DNA of 64,000 bases, from positions 1,888,001 to 1,952,000 of the forward strand of contig OY761158.1 in NCBI GenBank assembly GCA_963664405.1, read 5' to 3'. The DNA is from Thermoanaerobaculia bacterium (GTDB lineage Bacteria > Acidobacteriota > Thermoanaerobaculia > Multivoradales > Multivoraceae). Below, in pieces: positions 1 to 9,555 of this stretch. How positions within the stretch are numbered: the stretch's first letter is position 1; each line of letters opens with the position of its first letter. The position numbers were made by a program, and so were the translations under genes. A model generated the notes under the pieces. The model saw nothing but the letters and a program-made list of their open reading frames with translations. It did not search any database and was not told the origin of the DNA.

Positions 1-2
1 CG

Positions 3-896
3 CGATATCGGCATCGAGGCCTGCTCGTATACGTCGATTCCGACCCTGTGTTCACGCAAGTCAAATACCAGGTGGACGAGTCCATGCGGAACCGCATCGA
101 TGCTCACGACGTCTTCTTCAGCTTCGGCGAAGCCTTCTCTGAGGCCACTCCGGTGACGCCTCACCAGTGGCTGCCGACGCGCCAGCCCGTCCTCCTCGAT
201 GAGTGGGACACCGACGACACGCCGCCTCGCGACTGCTTTACGACCGTGATGAGTTGGACGAGCTACAAGCCGCTGGAGTTGAGGGGCTGTCGTTATGCTC
301 AAAAAGATGTGGAGTTCTCGAAGTTCCTTGATCTTCCTCGGCGAGTGCCGACTGCTACCCTGGAAGTTGCTCTTGGCGACACTCGGCACGTCGATTGGGA
401 AGGCAAATCGCCGGAGAGCGGTGGCGGCGTTCGAGGCCGTCTCTCGCGCAGCGGCTGGAGGGTCGCGGACGCCATGGATACTTGCGGCACGCTGAACGAC
501 TACAGGCGCTACATTGCTTCGTCGAAAGCGGAGTGGAGCGTCGCCAAGAACGGCTACGTCGTTGGCCGGCCTGGTTGGTTCAGCTGTCGTTCGGCCTGCT
601 ACCTCGCCTCTGGCCGGCCGGTTGCTGTCCAGGAGACAGGGTTCTCGGAGGTGCTGCCCGTGGGCGATGGGATCTTGCCTTTCTCGAATCTCGATGAGGC
701 AGTAACCGCGGTGGAGGAGATCGAGATTCGCTACGAACACCACCAGAAGGCGGCTCGAGAGCTCGCGGCCGGGTACTTCTCGGCCGAGGTCGTCCTCGAG
801 CGGCTCGTGGGCGACGCCTTGAACGCTGCCACCCGCTCGACCATCGCTGAAGCGGGACGCGAGACTGACGAGGTCGGAGTCCGGCCCGATGAGTGA
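3..896 (+). CDS. Glycosyltransferase-like protein (GT-B type), 5' end outside the window
   Basis: The frame is open from base 3 (RYRHRGLLVYVDSDPVFTQ). The C-terminal motif YRRYIASSKAEWSVAKNGYV..GWFSCRSACYLASGRPVAVQETGFS is typical of a conserved GT-like family in polysaccharide loci. Confidence 0.7.
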   Translation, partial: RYRHRGLLVYVDSDPVFTQVKYQVDESMRNRIDAHDVFFSFGEAFSEATPVTPHQWLPTRQPVLLDEWDTDDTPPRDCFTTVMSWTSYKPLELRGCRYAQKDVEFSKFLDLPRRVPTATLEVALGDTRHVDWEGKSPESGGGVRGRLSRSGWRVADAMDTCGTLNDYRRYIASSKAEWSVAKNGYVVGRPGWFSCRSACYLASGRPVAVQETGFSEVLPVGDGILPFSNLDEAVTAVEEIEIRYEHHQKAARELAAGYFSAEVVLERLVGDALNAATRSTIAEAGRETDEVGVRPDE

Positions 897-976
897 CCTG
901 AGCGGGTCCTCGAGGACATGACCAGGCACCGCGTCTGGTTTCGCCGGTCTCGCTGTGTGCACCAGGGTCTAGCGCG

Positions 977-1696
977 TTGACTCTCTGGACCGGGGGCGGC
1001 GCCCAGTGGTGGACGAAGAAGAGCCTCTATGCTTGTCTGAGGTGGTGGGCAAGAGACGCGGTGAACGTCCTGACTTTCGGGCCGGAGGCGCCGAGGTTCG
1101 CCGAGCTCATCTACGTGCCGACGGCCGCCTGTACCGCCGCTCTGAAGCCGTACGTCGGTCACCGTAAGAACTCCGGGAAGGTCATGGAGCCGTCCTGGAC
1201 TCCCGAGATGCAGCCGGTCGAGAGCGTCAGAAAAGTCGAGATATGCCTGCGCCATTGGCGGGAGGGCATGTCTTGGGAGGATGCAGGAGCGTATGAGAAC
1301 GCGGCCCGGAAGATCGCAGAGAAGGGCAATGCAGATTGGTGTACGACTCTCGAGGAGGTGGTCTCGAGATACGAGAACCTCGACAGGGTGTTCGAGGTCG
1401 TGCGAGCGGAGGGAAGGTTGCGCGCTACGGGGCGCGTGGGCGTCAGAGGCGGCCGGGTGCTCGATGGAACACTCGTGCACATAGACGAACGCGGCAACCC
1501 GATCGCTGGTGGCGGCGGATGGCATAGACTCGGCATGGCGCTGGCACTGGACTTACCGGAGTTCCCTGCTCAGATCGGTATGGTTCATCCACAGGCGATT
1601 CCAGAAGCTCAACGGGTATCGCCGAGTGAGTGGGCGACCCAGCGATTGAGATTCACTACGTGCACCTCCACGATCAATTTTGGGAATGACTCGTGA
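977..1696 (+). CDS. Hypothetical protein with a ParB/sulfiredoxin-like C-terminal motif
   Basis: VHIDERGNPIAGGGGWHRLGMALALDLPEFPAQIGMVH resembles the G-x-HRL motif of the ParB/Srx fold. Start codon and last ~30 aa are uncertain (possible frameshift near 1600). Confidence 0.45.
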   Translation: MTLWTGGGAQWWTKKSLYACLRWWARDAVNVLTFGPEAPRFAELIYVPTAACTAALKPYVGHRKNSGKVMEPSWTPEMQPVESVRKVEICLRHWREGMSWEDAGAYENAARKIAEKGNADWCTTLEEVVSRYENLDRVFEVVRAEGRLRATGRVGVRGGRVLDGTLVHIDERGNPIAGGGGWHRLGMALALDLPEFPAQIGMVHPQAIPEAQRVSPSEWATQRLRFTTCTSTINFGNDS

Positions 1697-2122
1697 GTAT
1701 TTCCTAGGTGTCGCCGACCGAGCGGATCTCGTGCTCAGCGAGAAGCCATCGTGGCTTCTCCGAGATCCTGCCCGTAGGGGGTGGGTGAGCACTCCCCAGG
1801 CGAAGGAGAAGATGATGTTGGTTTCTTGCTGATCCCAGCGCCCGAGGAAGCTCTCTGCTACCTCCTGGCGATCGCGGATGAGATGCACATAGAACGCCTC
1901 AGACCCGTATCGCTCCTCTAGGTCGCCTAGGAACCAAGAGAGGCGATTGTCGACCTCGACGTGGTTGTCGGGGTACTCCAGAGCCCCGTACCGGCTCGAG
2001 CCGCGTGGTCCCGCTCCGCGCCGCTGGCTCTCGTGAGACGCCGTGTAGTTGCGAATGCCTTGGCATGCTCTTACAAAGGTCGTCGAGCCGCAGCGCCCGG
2101 TGGAGAGGACGAATACATTCAT
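1553..2122 (-). pseudogene. Sulfotransferase-family protein, apparently truncated after ~115 aa
   Basis: Starts MNVFVLSTGRCGSTTF (PAPS 5'-phosphosulfate loop) and contains YVHLIRD (3'-phosphate motif). Below ~1775 the translation stops looking protein-like and overlaps the convergent gene. Confidence 0.55.
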
Positions 2123-2245
2123 GGCGCTGTGTCTCGTTCCGTAGTCACCGAGTGGAAGCCGAGACCCTCCTGCGACGCAGCAGGGCTCCGCCAACCGTTA
2201 AGATGCATTCGCTCATGATAGGACAACAACGTGCACCCTGAGGCC

Positions 2246-3412
2246 ATGTCGAATCGTCTCGTCAGCATCATTGTCAACAACTTCAACTACGAGCGGTTCT
2301 TAGGAGAGGCGATCGCAAGCGCTCTCAGTCAGACCTACGAGCCAAAGGAAGTGCTCGTTGTCGACGACGGTTCAACAGATGGCTCGCTTGATGTCATCTC
2401 GAGCTTTGGGGCGAGCGTCAAGCCGATCTTCAAGACCAACGAGGGTCAGGCTTCTACCTTCAACGCCGGCTTCGAGGCCTCTAAGGGAGAAGTGATCATC
2501 TTTCTCGATGCTGACGACCTCTTACTTCCCGAGGCGGCCATGCACGCTGTTCGTGTGCTCGAAGAGCCTGACGTCGTCAAGGTCCATTGGCCGATGTGGG
2601 AGATCGACGAAAACGGCAACAACACCCGGAGGTTTCACAAGAAGTCTCTGATCGATGGGGACTACCGCGAGGAGTTCATCGCTCGCGGCCCCATCGCGTT
2701 GTCTCAGTCACCCACGAGCGGTAACGCCTGGCCGAGATGGTTCCTAGAGAAGGCCATGCCCTTGCCAGAGCACGAGGATCGTCACGGTGCGGATGGATTT
2801 CTCAAGAAGCTCTGCCCGATTTATGGGCCGATCCGGCGTCTCGAGATACCTCTTGGTTGCTATCGTCTACATGCCGGGAACTACGGTGGTGGTAGCGGCA
2901 CCTTCTTCAAGTTGCGGCGCTCACTTCGCCGCTACCCGGCTTACTGTCGCCTTCTCGAAGACCACTTGCGGCGAACGGGAGTTGACGCCGACTCGGCGGC
3001 TTGGATGGGCCCTGGTAGTTCCTTCGAATGGCTGGAGATGGCGGTTGAGCTTTTCGACGAGCTCGAGCGATTGGTCCCTCAGGACGCAGAAGTGGTACTG
3101 ATCGACAACGGCAAGTTCGGGTCCGAATTACTACCCGGACGAGAGCTAAGACCCTTAGTTCGGGGCAGCGATAGGATCTGGGGATCGTCTCCTGAAAGTG
3201 ACGAGCAAGCTGTAAGGGAGCTCGAGCGTGCGATCGATGCGGGGGCGCAATATCTGGCGTTTGCGTTTCCGGCGTTCTGGTGGCGCGAGTCGTTCCCGCA
3301 CCTTCTTCGCCAGGTCGAATCTCGCTTTGAACGCCTGTGTGCGAACGAGCGGCTCGTCCTCTTCGACCTCGAAGCCAACGCGACGGATGGTGTAGAAGGC
3401 GGCGGCCGATGA
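2246..3412 (+). CDS. GT2 family glycosyltransferase with an extra C-terminal domain
   Basis: LVSIIVNNFNYERFLGEAIASALSQTY, VVDDGSTDGS and FLDADD (DxD) motifs. Confidence 0.9.
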   Translation: MSNRLVSIIVNNFNYERFLGEAIASALSQTYEPKEVLVVDDGSTDGSLDVISSFGASVKPIFKTNEGQASTFNAGFEASKGEVIIFLDADDLLLPEAAMHAVRVLEEPDVVKVHWPMWEIDENGNNTRRFHKKSLIDGDYREEFIARGPIALSQSPTSGNAWPRWFLEKAMPLPEHEDRHGADGFLKKLCPIYGPIRRLEIPLGCYRLHAGNYGGGSGTFFKLRRSLRRYPAYCRLLEDHLRRTGVDADSAAWMGPGSSFEWLEMAVELFDELERLVPQDAEVVLIDNGKFGSELLPGRELRPLVRGSDRIWGSSPESDEQAVRELERAIDAGAQYLAFAFPAFWWRESFPHLLRQVESRFERLCANERLVLFDLEANATDGVEGGGR

Positions 3413-4401
3413 AGAAGGTGGAGATCCGATTCGCCAAGTCCTTTGACGATCCATCGTTGTCACCCGAGATATGGACTCGCCTGCTCAGTCAGGGCTCGAC
3501 GAATGTGTGTGCGATGACGCGGACGGCCCAACGCCTGTGGTGGGAAGCGAATGAAAGAAAGGGCGATCTAAAGCTGCTTGTAGCTCTTCGCGGCGGAGAG
3601 CCGGTGACGATCGCGCCAATGTTCGTGCAAGGAGGAATGGCATTCAATCTGTGCCCAGTTAGTCAACTCGACCTAGTGGGCGACGTCGAGGATCTGGAAG
3701 TTGCTAGGGCCATTCTCGAAGCTCTTCGAGACTCGACGCCGGAGTTCGCGGGGGTTCGCCTCTATTTCGTTCCCGACACATCCCCCACCGGGTGCGTCAT
3801 GGGACAAGCAGCAGCGGATCTCGCCCTCACCTGGCAACTCGAAGACGAGTTGCCGGCCCCCTACATCGACATGAAGGCCAACCCTGACATGGCGCTGGCG
3901 AGCTCGCGAAAGAAGACGGTCCTCCGTCGGGAGAACTACCTGCGACGGGAAGGCAGCCTCGAAGTGCACCACTACTCCGACGCTGACGAGATCCTTCCCC
4001 AACTCGATTCTTTCTACCAACAGCACGTTTCGAGATGGGCCGAAACTGAGACACCCAGTCGGTTCCGCGAAGAACGAGAACGACGGCGGTTTCGTGTGCG
4101 TATGCGAGAGCTGAGTAGGCTTGGTTACCAGCGTTTCTCACGACTTGATTGGAACGGCCGACCCATCGCCTACCACGAGGGTGTCGCGTATCAAGGGCGC
4201 TTCGAGTACGGAAAAACCTCGTACGAGATCGAGCTGGCGCACGCTTCACCCGGGGCAGTGCTGCTCCGCCATCTCATTCTTTCGGCCATCGCTGAGGGGG
4301 CTTCCGTTTTCGATCTCGGACCCGGAGCAGAGGACTACAAATTCAGGTACACGAAGGACTTCGTCACGCTGCAGACCTGGGCTGCCTACCCACGGGGCTA
4401 G
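3409..4401 (+). CDS. GNAT-family acyltransferase (CelD/BcsL-like, Acetyltransf_6)
   Basis: ATGA overlap with the GT2 stop. C-terminal SPGAVLLRHLILSAIAEGASVFDLGPGAEDYKFRY motif. Confidence 0.85.
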   Translation: MKKVEIRFAKSFDDPSLSPEIWTRLLSQGSTNVCAMTRTAQRLWWEANERKGDLKLLVALRGGEPVTIAPMFVQGGMAFNLCPVSQLDLVGDVEDLEVARAILEALRDSTPEFAGVRLYFVPDTSPTGCVMGQAAADLALTWQLEDELPAPYIDMKANPDMALASSRKKTVLRRENYLRREGSLEVHHYSDADEILPQLDSFYQQHVSRWAETETPSRFREERERRRFRVRMRELSRLGYQRFSRLDWNGRPIAYHEGVAYQGRFEYGKTSYEIELAHASPGAVLLRHLILSAIAEGASVFDLGPGAEDYKFRYTKDFVTLQTWAAYPRG

Positions 4402-4455
4402 CTGCAAGCTGAAGCGGGCGACATCCAGGCGGCGGCTCTAGACGATCCCCAGCTC

Positions 4456-5388
4456 ATGAAACGCAAACTCGACCTGTCTGGACTCTCCACGGCCTTGAGT
4501 CGTCTGTTCGGGCAGCCCGCGAGAGTGCTGAGCGCTACACCGTATGACGATGCGAGCACCTATTCCTGCGACGTCCTGAAATGCGACATCCAAGGGAAGC
4601 AGATCGAGATCTTCGCCAAGCATGGGGTCGGTCAGCCGGTGGATCGATTACTGGGTCACTCGTTCGGACTAGATTACGAGTTTCGCATCTATCAACGGAT
4701 TCTGCCGAACTTGGATGTCGGCACAGCTCGATTCTTTGGCACGGCCACAATCGATGACGAGACGTGGGGTTTCCTGGAACTGCTCGCAGGCGGGGAGTGG
4801 GTCTCCGCATCGCCGAACGGGAACGGGGTCGTTCGGGCGGCAGAATGGCTGGCGGAGTTCCACCACAAGGCGGATCGATGGCTCGCTGGTACGTCAGAGT
4901 CTGCGCTTCGCGGAGCCACGAGAGACACCTACACCGATCTCCTGGCCAAGGCCCGCGAACGAGCAGCTCGACTGACGAGCGACATCACGGCTGTTGGTAA
5001 GCTTTTCGAGCGTCTAGGCGACTTCCCTGACGCAATGGTGTCATCCGATCAAACAGTCGTGCACGGCGAGTTCTACCCCGGCAACATCGTTCTAAAGGGC
5101 GATCGTGTGTGCCCGATCGATTGGGAGTCGGCAGCCGTGGCGCCTGCCGAGATCGATTTGGCGAGTCTCATCGAAGCGTGGCCATCTCACGTGGCACTCC
5201 GTTGCATCGAAGCCTATCGCCGAGGCCGGGGCCTTGAACGGTCCGGTTCTGGTTTTCAGACCAGCCTGACCAGGTGTCGAATCTACTGGGCGCTTCGTTG
5301 GCTGATAAGCAAGCCACCTCGAGGTGCGCGTCGACGCTTGCGCGACCTGATGGCCCTGCAGCACTGCCGACTGGCGACCAAGGACTGA
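4456..5388 (+). CDS. Aminoglycoside phosphotransferase/choline kinase-like protein
   Basis: Brenner-like motif VHGEFYPGNI...IDWE and DLASL. Confidence 0.8.
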   Translation: MKRKLDLSGLSTALSRLFGQPARVLSATPYDDASTYSCDVLKCDIQGKQIEIFAKHGVGQPVDRLLGHSFGLDYEFRIYQRILPNLDVGTARFFGTATIDDETWGFLELLAGGEWVSASPNGNGVVRAAEWLAEFHHKADRWLAGTSESALRGATRDTYTDLLAKARERAARLTSDITAVGKLFERLGDFPDAMVSSDQTVVHGEFYPGNIVLKGDRVCPIDWESAAVAPAEIDLASLIEAWPSHVALRCIEAYRRGRGLERSGSGFQTSLTRCRIYWALRWLISKPPRGARRRLRDLMALQHCRLATKD

Positions 5389-5399
5389 GGTCCTAGCTC

Positions 5400-6284
5400 G
5401 TGGCACGATCCCGCGGCACGGAGATGGTAGACGGAGCGCCTAGCGCCCTTGGGGATCGGCTCGAAGGTATCTGCGTCACTCTGTTCGGAGAGGCGCCGAC
5501 ACGCGTGACTCCGCTGGGGGAGGGAAACAACGATTGCTGGTCTCTGCAGGTATGGGTCGGTGGTCGGCGCTTGAAGTGCTTTGAGTGCACCAGTCCCGGG
5601 CGAGCTCAGATGGTCAAAACTGCGTCGCACATCCTAGAGCGTTCTAACATCTCGATTCCTCGAGTCCGCGCAGTACTCGATCGAGTTGTTTTTGCCGACT
5701 GGATCGCCGGAAGGGCGATGCGACGGGTTGGCCAGACCGAGATCGACCTGATAGCGCGATATCACGCGCAACTGCACCAAGCACCCCTTACGCGCTCTGA
5801 GCGCGCCAAATCGGGGGGGTTCGTTCATCTGACGTGGCTATCCGATCGCTTCCGAAGCATCGCTACCCCAGTTCTTGGCCAGGCGGCTGTCGAAGAGACT
5901 CTGGGGGCTCTTGCTGCCATGGTGCCTTCTGAGCTCAAGATCGGAATTGTTCACCCCGACTTCATCGAGCCCAATATCGTGGTTGACCGCGATGGCGACT
6001 TCGTCGTCGTGGACAACGAGTTTCTGTCACTCGGTACCGGATTCGAGTTCGACATCCTGAATTCGAGCTGTTTCAGGAAAGCGGTGGATCCGAGCCGCCG
6101 CGAGAGCTATCTCGAGAGCTACTCGAAGTACGGCGATTGTGGAACCCTGTGGAGCCACCTCCGATATTGGGAGCTCTGCTTTCTGTTGAAGCGAACGAAC
6201 AAGCAGTTTTTACTTGGTGACATGGGGGCAGGCCGGACCAACTTTGAACGCCTCCGACAAGAGATCCACGATCGAGATGTCTAG
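5400..6284 (+). CDS. Aminoglycoside phosphotransferase-like kinase
   Basis: LGEGNNDCW Gly loop and VHPDFIEPNI...VDNE motif. The start may be the ATG at 5424. Confidence 0.7.
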   Translation: MARSRGTEMVDGAPSALGDRLEGICVTLFGEAPTRVTPLGEGNNDCWSLQVWVGGRRLKCFECTSPGRAQMVKTASHILERSNISIPRVRAVLDRVVFADWIAGRAMRRVGQTEIDLIARYHAQLHQAPLTRSERAKSGGFVHLTWLSDRFRSIATPVLGQAAVEETLGALAAMVPSELKIGIVHPDFIEPNIVVDRDGDFVVVDNEFLSLGTGFEFDILNSSCFRKAVDPSRRESYLESYSKYGDCGTLWSHLRYWELCFLLKRTNKQFLLGDMGAGRTNFERLRQEIHDRDV

Positions 6285-7134
6285 CGACGTAAGACCTGCA
6301 CGAGCTGTAGCTATCAACGGTCTCCAACGAGGCGGGTCCAATGTGCTGTGGAATGTGCTGCAGTCTCACCCACTACTCTGTTCACCGATCCTAGAGACCG
6401 GCGCTCTCTTCACCGAGGAGATAGCACCTTTCTCGTGGCTACCACCGGCGCGCGCAAAGCAGCTCGCCTCGAGCGGGCTTGTTCAGAGTCTTGGAGCGAG
6501 ATACGTGGGCCGGAAGCTCGATAGCTGCAAACTGAGAAACTTCGAGTCGCCCGACAACGGCAGCAAGTGCGAAGGCGTGGCCTACACATCAAAAGAGGTG
6601 CGAGACAGCATTATCTGCCTCAAGGGTGTTGGAAGCGATATCGACCTCAACCCGCTCCTCCGCAAGGTCTACGGTAGGGTGGCATTCGTACCCCTCGTTC
6701 GCGATGGCTATGCCGTGTGTGACGGATGGATGCGCCGGGGTATGTCTGCTTCCGCCGCCGGGAAGCGGTACGCGTCCTGCGTGCGCAGAATCCTTCAGCT
6801 CCAAGACGCCCCCGATAGCTGTCCTCTGGTCAGGTTCGAGGAGTTGGTCGTCGATCCTTTCGGGATCGCAGAGCGGATCTTCGGGTGGCTTAACCTCGAG
6901 CCGACCCAGCTGCCAAAACTGCGACTGAAAGCAAAACGGGTCTTGGGCGGCTCCGGGAGCCACGAGCCCACCTTTGGTGTCGAGGGGCAGAAGGAGTGGT
7001 TCGACCCGATCGAGATAGGCACAGTTCTGCGGCCCGGCATCGATGCTGTCCAGCGGGACAAGCTCGAGAGAGAGGCGCTGGCAGACTTCGAAAGACATGC
7101 TGGCCCGGCCCTAGCAGAACTGGGTTATCTGTAG
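6277..7134 (+). CDS. Sulfotransferase-family protein
   Basis: INGLQRGGSNVLWNVLQSHP (5'-PSB loop), LVRDG and VRFEELVVDP..AERIFGWL motifs. Confidence 0.8.
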   Translation: MSSDVRPARAVAINGLQRGGSNVLWNVLQSHPLLCSPILETGALFTEEIAPFSWLPPARAKQLASSGLVQSLGARYVGRKLDSCKLRNFESPDNGSKCEGVAYTSKEVRDSIICLKGVGSDIDLNPLLRKVYGRVAFVPLVRDGYAVCDGWMRRGMSASAAGKRYASCVRRILQLQDAPDSCPLVRFEELVVDPFGIAERIFGWLNLEPTQLPKLRLKAKRVLGGSGSHEPTFGVEGQKEWFDPIEIGTVLRPGIDAVQRDKLEREALADFERHAGPALAELGYL

Positions 7135-8321
7135 TGTTCCGGAGGGGAGGAACCCCGTCCGTCAACACACATGCGCAGATCGCGCCCCCTGCCGAGTAGG
7201 CTGTCAATGTGGTGCACACCGCAGTTGTTCCAAGCCGCAGAACCCCTCGCGAGAATTGGCGCCACGGGCAAAGACCGCTCGACGAACTCCCCCCTGGTCA
7301 GCTCGACGATCTCGAAAGCATGGATGTCGAGGCCGTACTCCGGATCGCAGTTCTGAGCGAAGCGAATCAACTTCTCGCGCTCGACGGCCATCCTCCCGGC
7401 GGGGCGAGCGTGATGAGCATCACCGCGGATCACAGGGCTCCGGGGATGCTCCACCCAGTTCTGTTCGAGGCGATCGGAGAAGTAGAGATGTAACTCGTCG
7501 TTTCGCCCTTCCCCATCCGCTCCTGCGAACAGCCACCAACTCCCGTCGAATCGGAAGGGGGTCGCATCCACCAGCGCCACATCTTCAAGCAGCACCGACT
7601 CGAGCCGCCAGTCATTGGGGTATTCGTAGGCGCGGTACAAGCGTACCGTCGTGTCCTGTTTGCTTTCGGGAACCATGTAGTAGCTGCCGTCGACTTCGAA
7701 AGCGTGTGGATAGGACAGATGAAAGGGCTCGGCAAGCACAACGCCCTGGTAAGTCCATCGGTACCCGTTTCGACTCGTGGCGACGCCGATCTCGCCTCTG
7801 TTCTCCAGCCAGTTAAGGGTCTCGAAGAACATCTGCCAGCCTTCTGGAGAAGGCAGAATGAAGGGGTCGGCGACCATGGCGGACACGTGGTCGGTGACGT
7901 CGTAGCGCGTGAGCACGGGGTTGTCGGTCTCGGGCGCCGGCCGGAGGCGAGTCAGGCTCGGTCCCGAGTAGATTCCGATCGACCACTCGGGGTAGGCGGG
8001 TTGGGACGGGACGTAGAGAAGGCACTCGATTCGGTCTTCCGCGGGCCGGCTCACCATGAGTCCCCTGGCTTCGAGGGCTGAGGCTTCTTCTTCGAAGATC
8101 TGCCGCAGCGCCTCGTTCGACGCCGTTTCGTCTGGCGGAAGTCGAGGCTCCGTGCCGGTCGCGCGGCGGTTGTTGTCCTCATCGAGACAAAGGTAGCTGC
8201 CCGCGTCCCCAACGTCGAGCCACTCGGGACAGTTTGACGTGTCGATCGGTCGCGCCTCTCGGCGCAGAGCCTCAACGTCGTCGGGCCCCTCGGGGATCCG
8301 AAAGAAGGTCCCCTCACGCAC
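7125..8321 (-). CDS. Five-bladed beta-propeller protein, GINT1 N-terminal/GH43-like
   Basis: ADPF, GEIGVATS, EPFHLSYP, YMVPES, WVEHPRSPV, ARPAGR and QNCDPEYG motifs. Confidence 0.75.
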   Translation of the reverse strand: MREGTFFRIPEGPDDVEALRREARPIDTSNCPEWLDVGDAGSYLCLDEDNNRRATGTEPRLPPDETASNEALRQIFEEEASALEARGLMVSRPAEDRIECLLYVPSQPAYPEWSIGIYSGPSLTRLRPAPETDNPVLTRYDVTDHVSAMVADPFILPSPEGWQMFFETLNWLENRGEIGVATSRNGYRWTYQGVVLAEPFHLSYPHAFEVDGSYYMVPESKQDTTVRLYRAYEYPNDWRLESVLLEDVALVDATPFRFDGSWWLFAGADGEGRNDELHLYFSDRLEQNWVEHPRSPVIRGDAHHARPAGRMAVEREKLIRFAQNCDPEYGLDIHAFEIVELTRGEFVERSLPVAPILARGSAAWNNCGVHHIDSLLGRGRDLRMCVDGRGSSPPEHYR

Positions 8322-9555
8322 GGTGTCTCTCCTCGGAGAGCTTGTTCGCGAGAATTACGACTTCGGCGGTAACCCGCTCCCACGTGTAACGAGCAAGCAC
8401 CTCTTCGCGCGCGGCGGTACCGATTCTCCCGGCGAGGTCGCTGTCGTCCAACAATACCGAGATGCCTTCTGCCAATTTCTGGTTGTCGCCGGCTGGGTAG
8501 AGCCATCCGTTGCGCCCATGCTCGACGACCTGGGAGATCTGACCGAGATCGGCGGCGACGGTGGGCGTCCCGACCGCCATCGACTCGAAGAGCTTCATCG
8601 GCGAGAAGAAGAAGTCGTCGATGGGGCCATAGGGAACGACGGCCACGTTCATGGCAGCCAGGTAGCTGGGAATCTCCTCGTGGGGCACTTTGCCTGTGAA
8701 GTGCACGCTCTCGGTGAGGCCGAGTCGGGCGACCTGCTGCTCGAGCTTCTCGCGCGTGTGTCCGTCACCGACCAGAAGCAGGCGCCGGTCGCCGGTACCC
8801 TGCTCGAGAGTGGCAAACGCCTCGATCAGGCCGGCTACGTCGTGCCATTTGTGAAAGCTGCCTACGAAACCCACGATCTCGGCCTCGTTTTCTCCCAGTA
8901 CCTCGCGGACCTTGCCCCTGTCTATCTCGCCGCCGAAGAGCCGCTTCGAGACCCCGTCGGGCAGCACGCGGATCCGATCGCGCTCTGCTCCGAGACCGAC
9001 GGCCCAGTCCGCCAGCCAATCGGTGAGAGCGACGATGGCATCGGCCTCACGGAGGATTGCCCCCTCCAGCTTGCGAGCCGTCTCGATCAGCGGAAAGTAG
9101 GTGTACCCGTCCTGCTGATCGGTGAGCGGAGCGTTGAGCTCGAGGATCCAGGGAATGTCGAGTTGGCGACGAAGCTCGAGGCCCCCAAACCCGAAGAGCG
9201 CGATGCGCTCGTACACGAAGTCGGGCTTCTCCTCTCGAAAGATCCGCGCGCCCTCAGCTTGGAGCCAGTGGTTCCACAGAATCGATCTCAGGTCTCGCTC
9301 CAGATAATGGTCGTAGATCTGGGGTTCGTTCTCGAGTCCCTCCCACAGCTCTTTGTTGAGTCCAGTAGGCCCAAGATGGTGGATGCGAGCCCGTGTCGAG
9401 TTGCCAGTGCCCTCACCGCCAGGCCACGAGCACACAATGAACACGTCATGTCCCGCGTCGACCAGTGCGTTGGTGAACTCTCGAATGTGTACCGAGCAGC
9501 CTTGGGAGCCCAAAACCTCGACGTCGACGTCGGAAACTAGATAGCCGATCTTCAT
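8314..9555 (-). CDS. GT4 family glycosyltransferase
   Basis: GFVGSFHKWHDV, FTGKVPHEEIPSYL, SPMKLFESMAVGTPTVA and YTWER motifs. Confidence 0.92.
   Translation of the reverse strand: MKIGYLVSDVDVEVLGSQGCSVHIREFTNALVDAGHDVFIVCSWPGGEGTGNSTRARIHHLGPTGLNKELWEGLENEPQIYDHYLERDLRSILWNHWLQAEGARIFREEKPDFVYERIALFGFGGLELRRQLDIPWILELNAPLTDQQDGYTYFPLIETARKLEGAILREADAIVALTDWLADWAVGLGAERDRIRVLPDGVSKRLFGGEIDRGKVREVLGENEAEIVGFVGSFHKWHDVAGLIEAFATLEQGTGDRRLLLVGDGHTREKLEQQVARLGLTESVHFTGKVPHEEIPSYLAAMNVAVVPYGPIDDFFFSPMKLFESMAVGTPTVAADLGQISQVVEHGRNGWLYPAGDNQKLAEGISVLLDDSDLAGRIGTAAREEVLARYTWERVTAEVVILANKLSEERHRA

Noticed and set aside
8239-9540. Long antisense ORFs (for example 8239..9540, 43086..44264, 37287..38417, 61323..62441)
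   Set aside because: They are in-register shadows of well-supported genes on the opposite strand, as expected from high GC at third codon positions, and carry no motifs.
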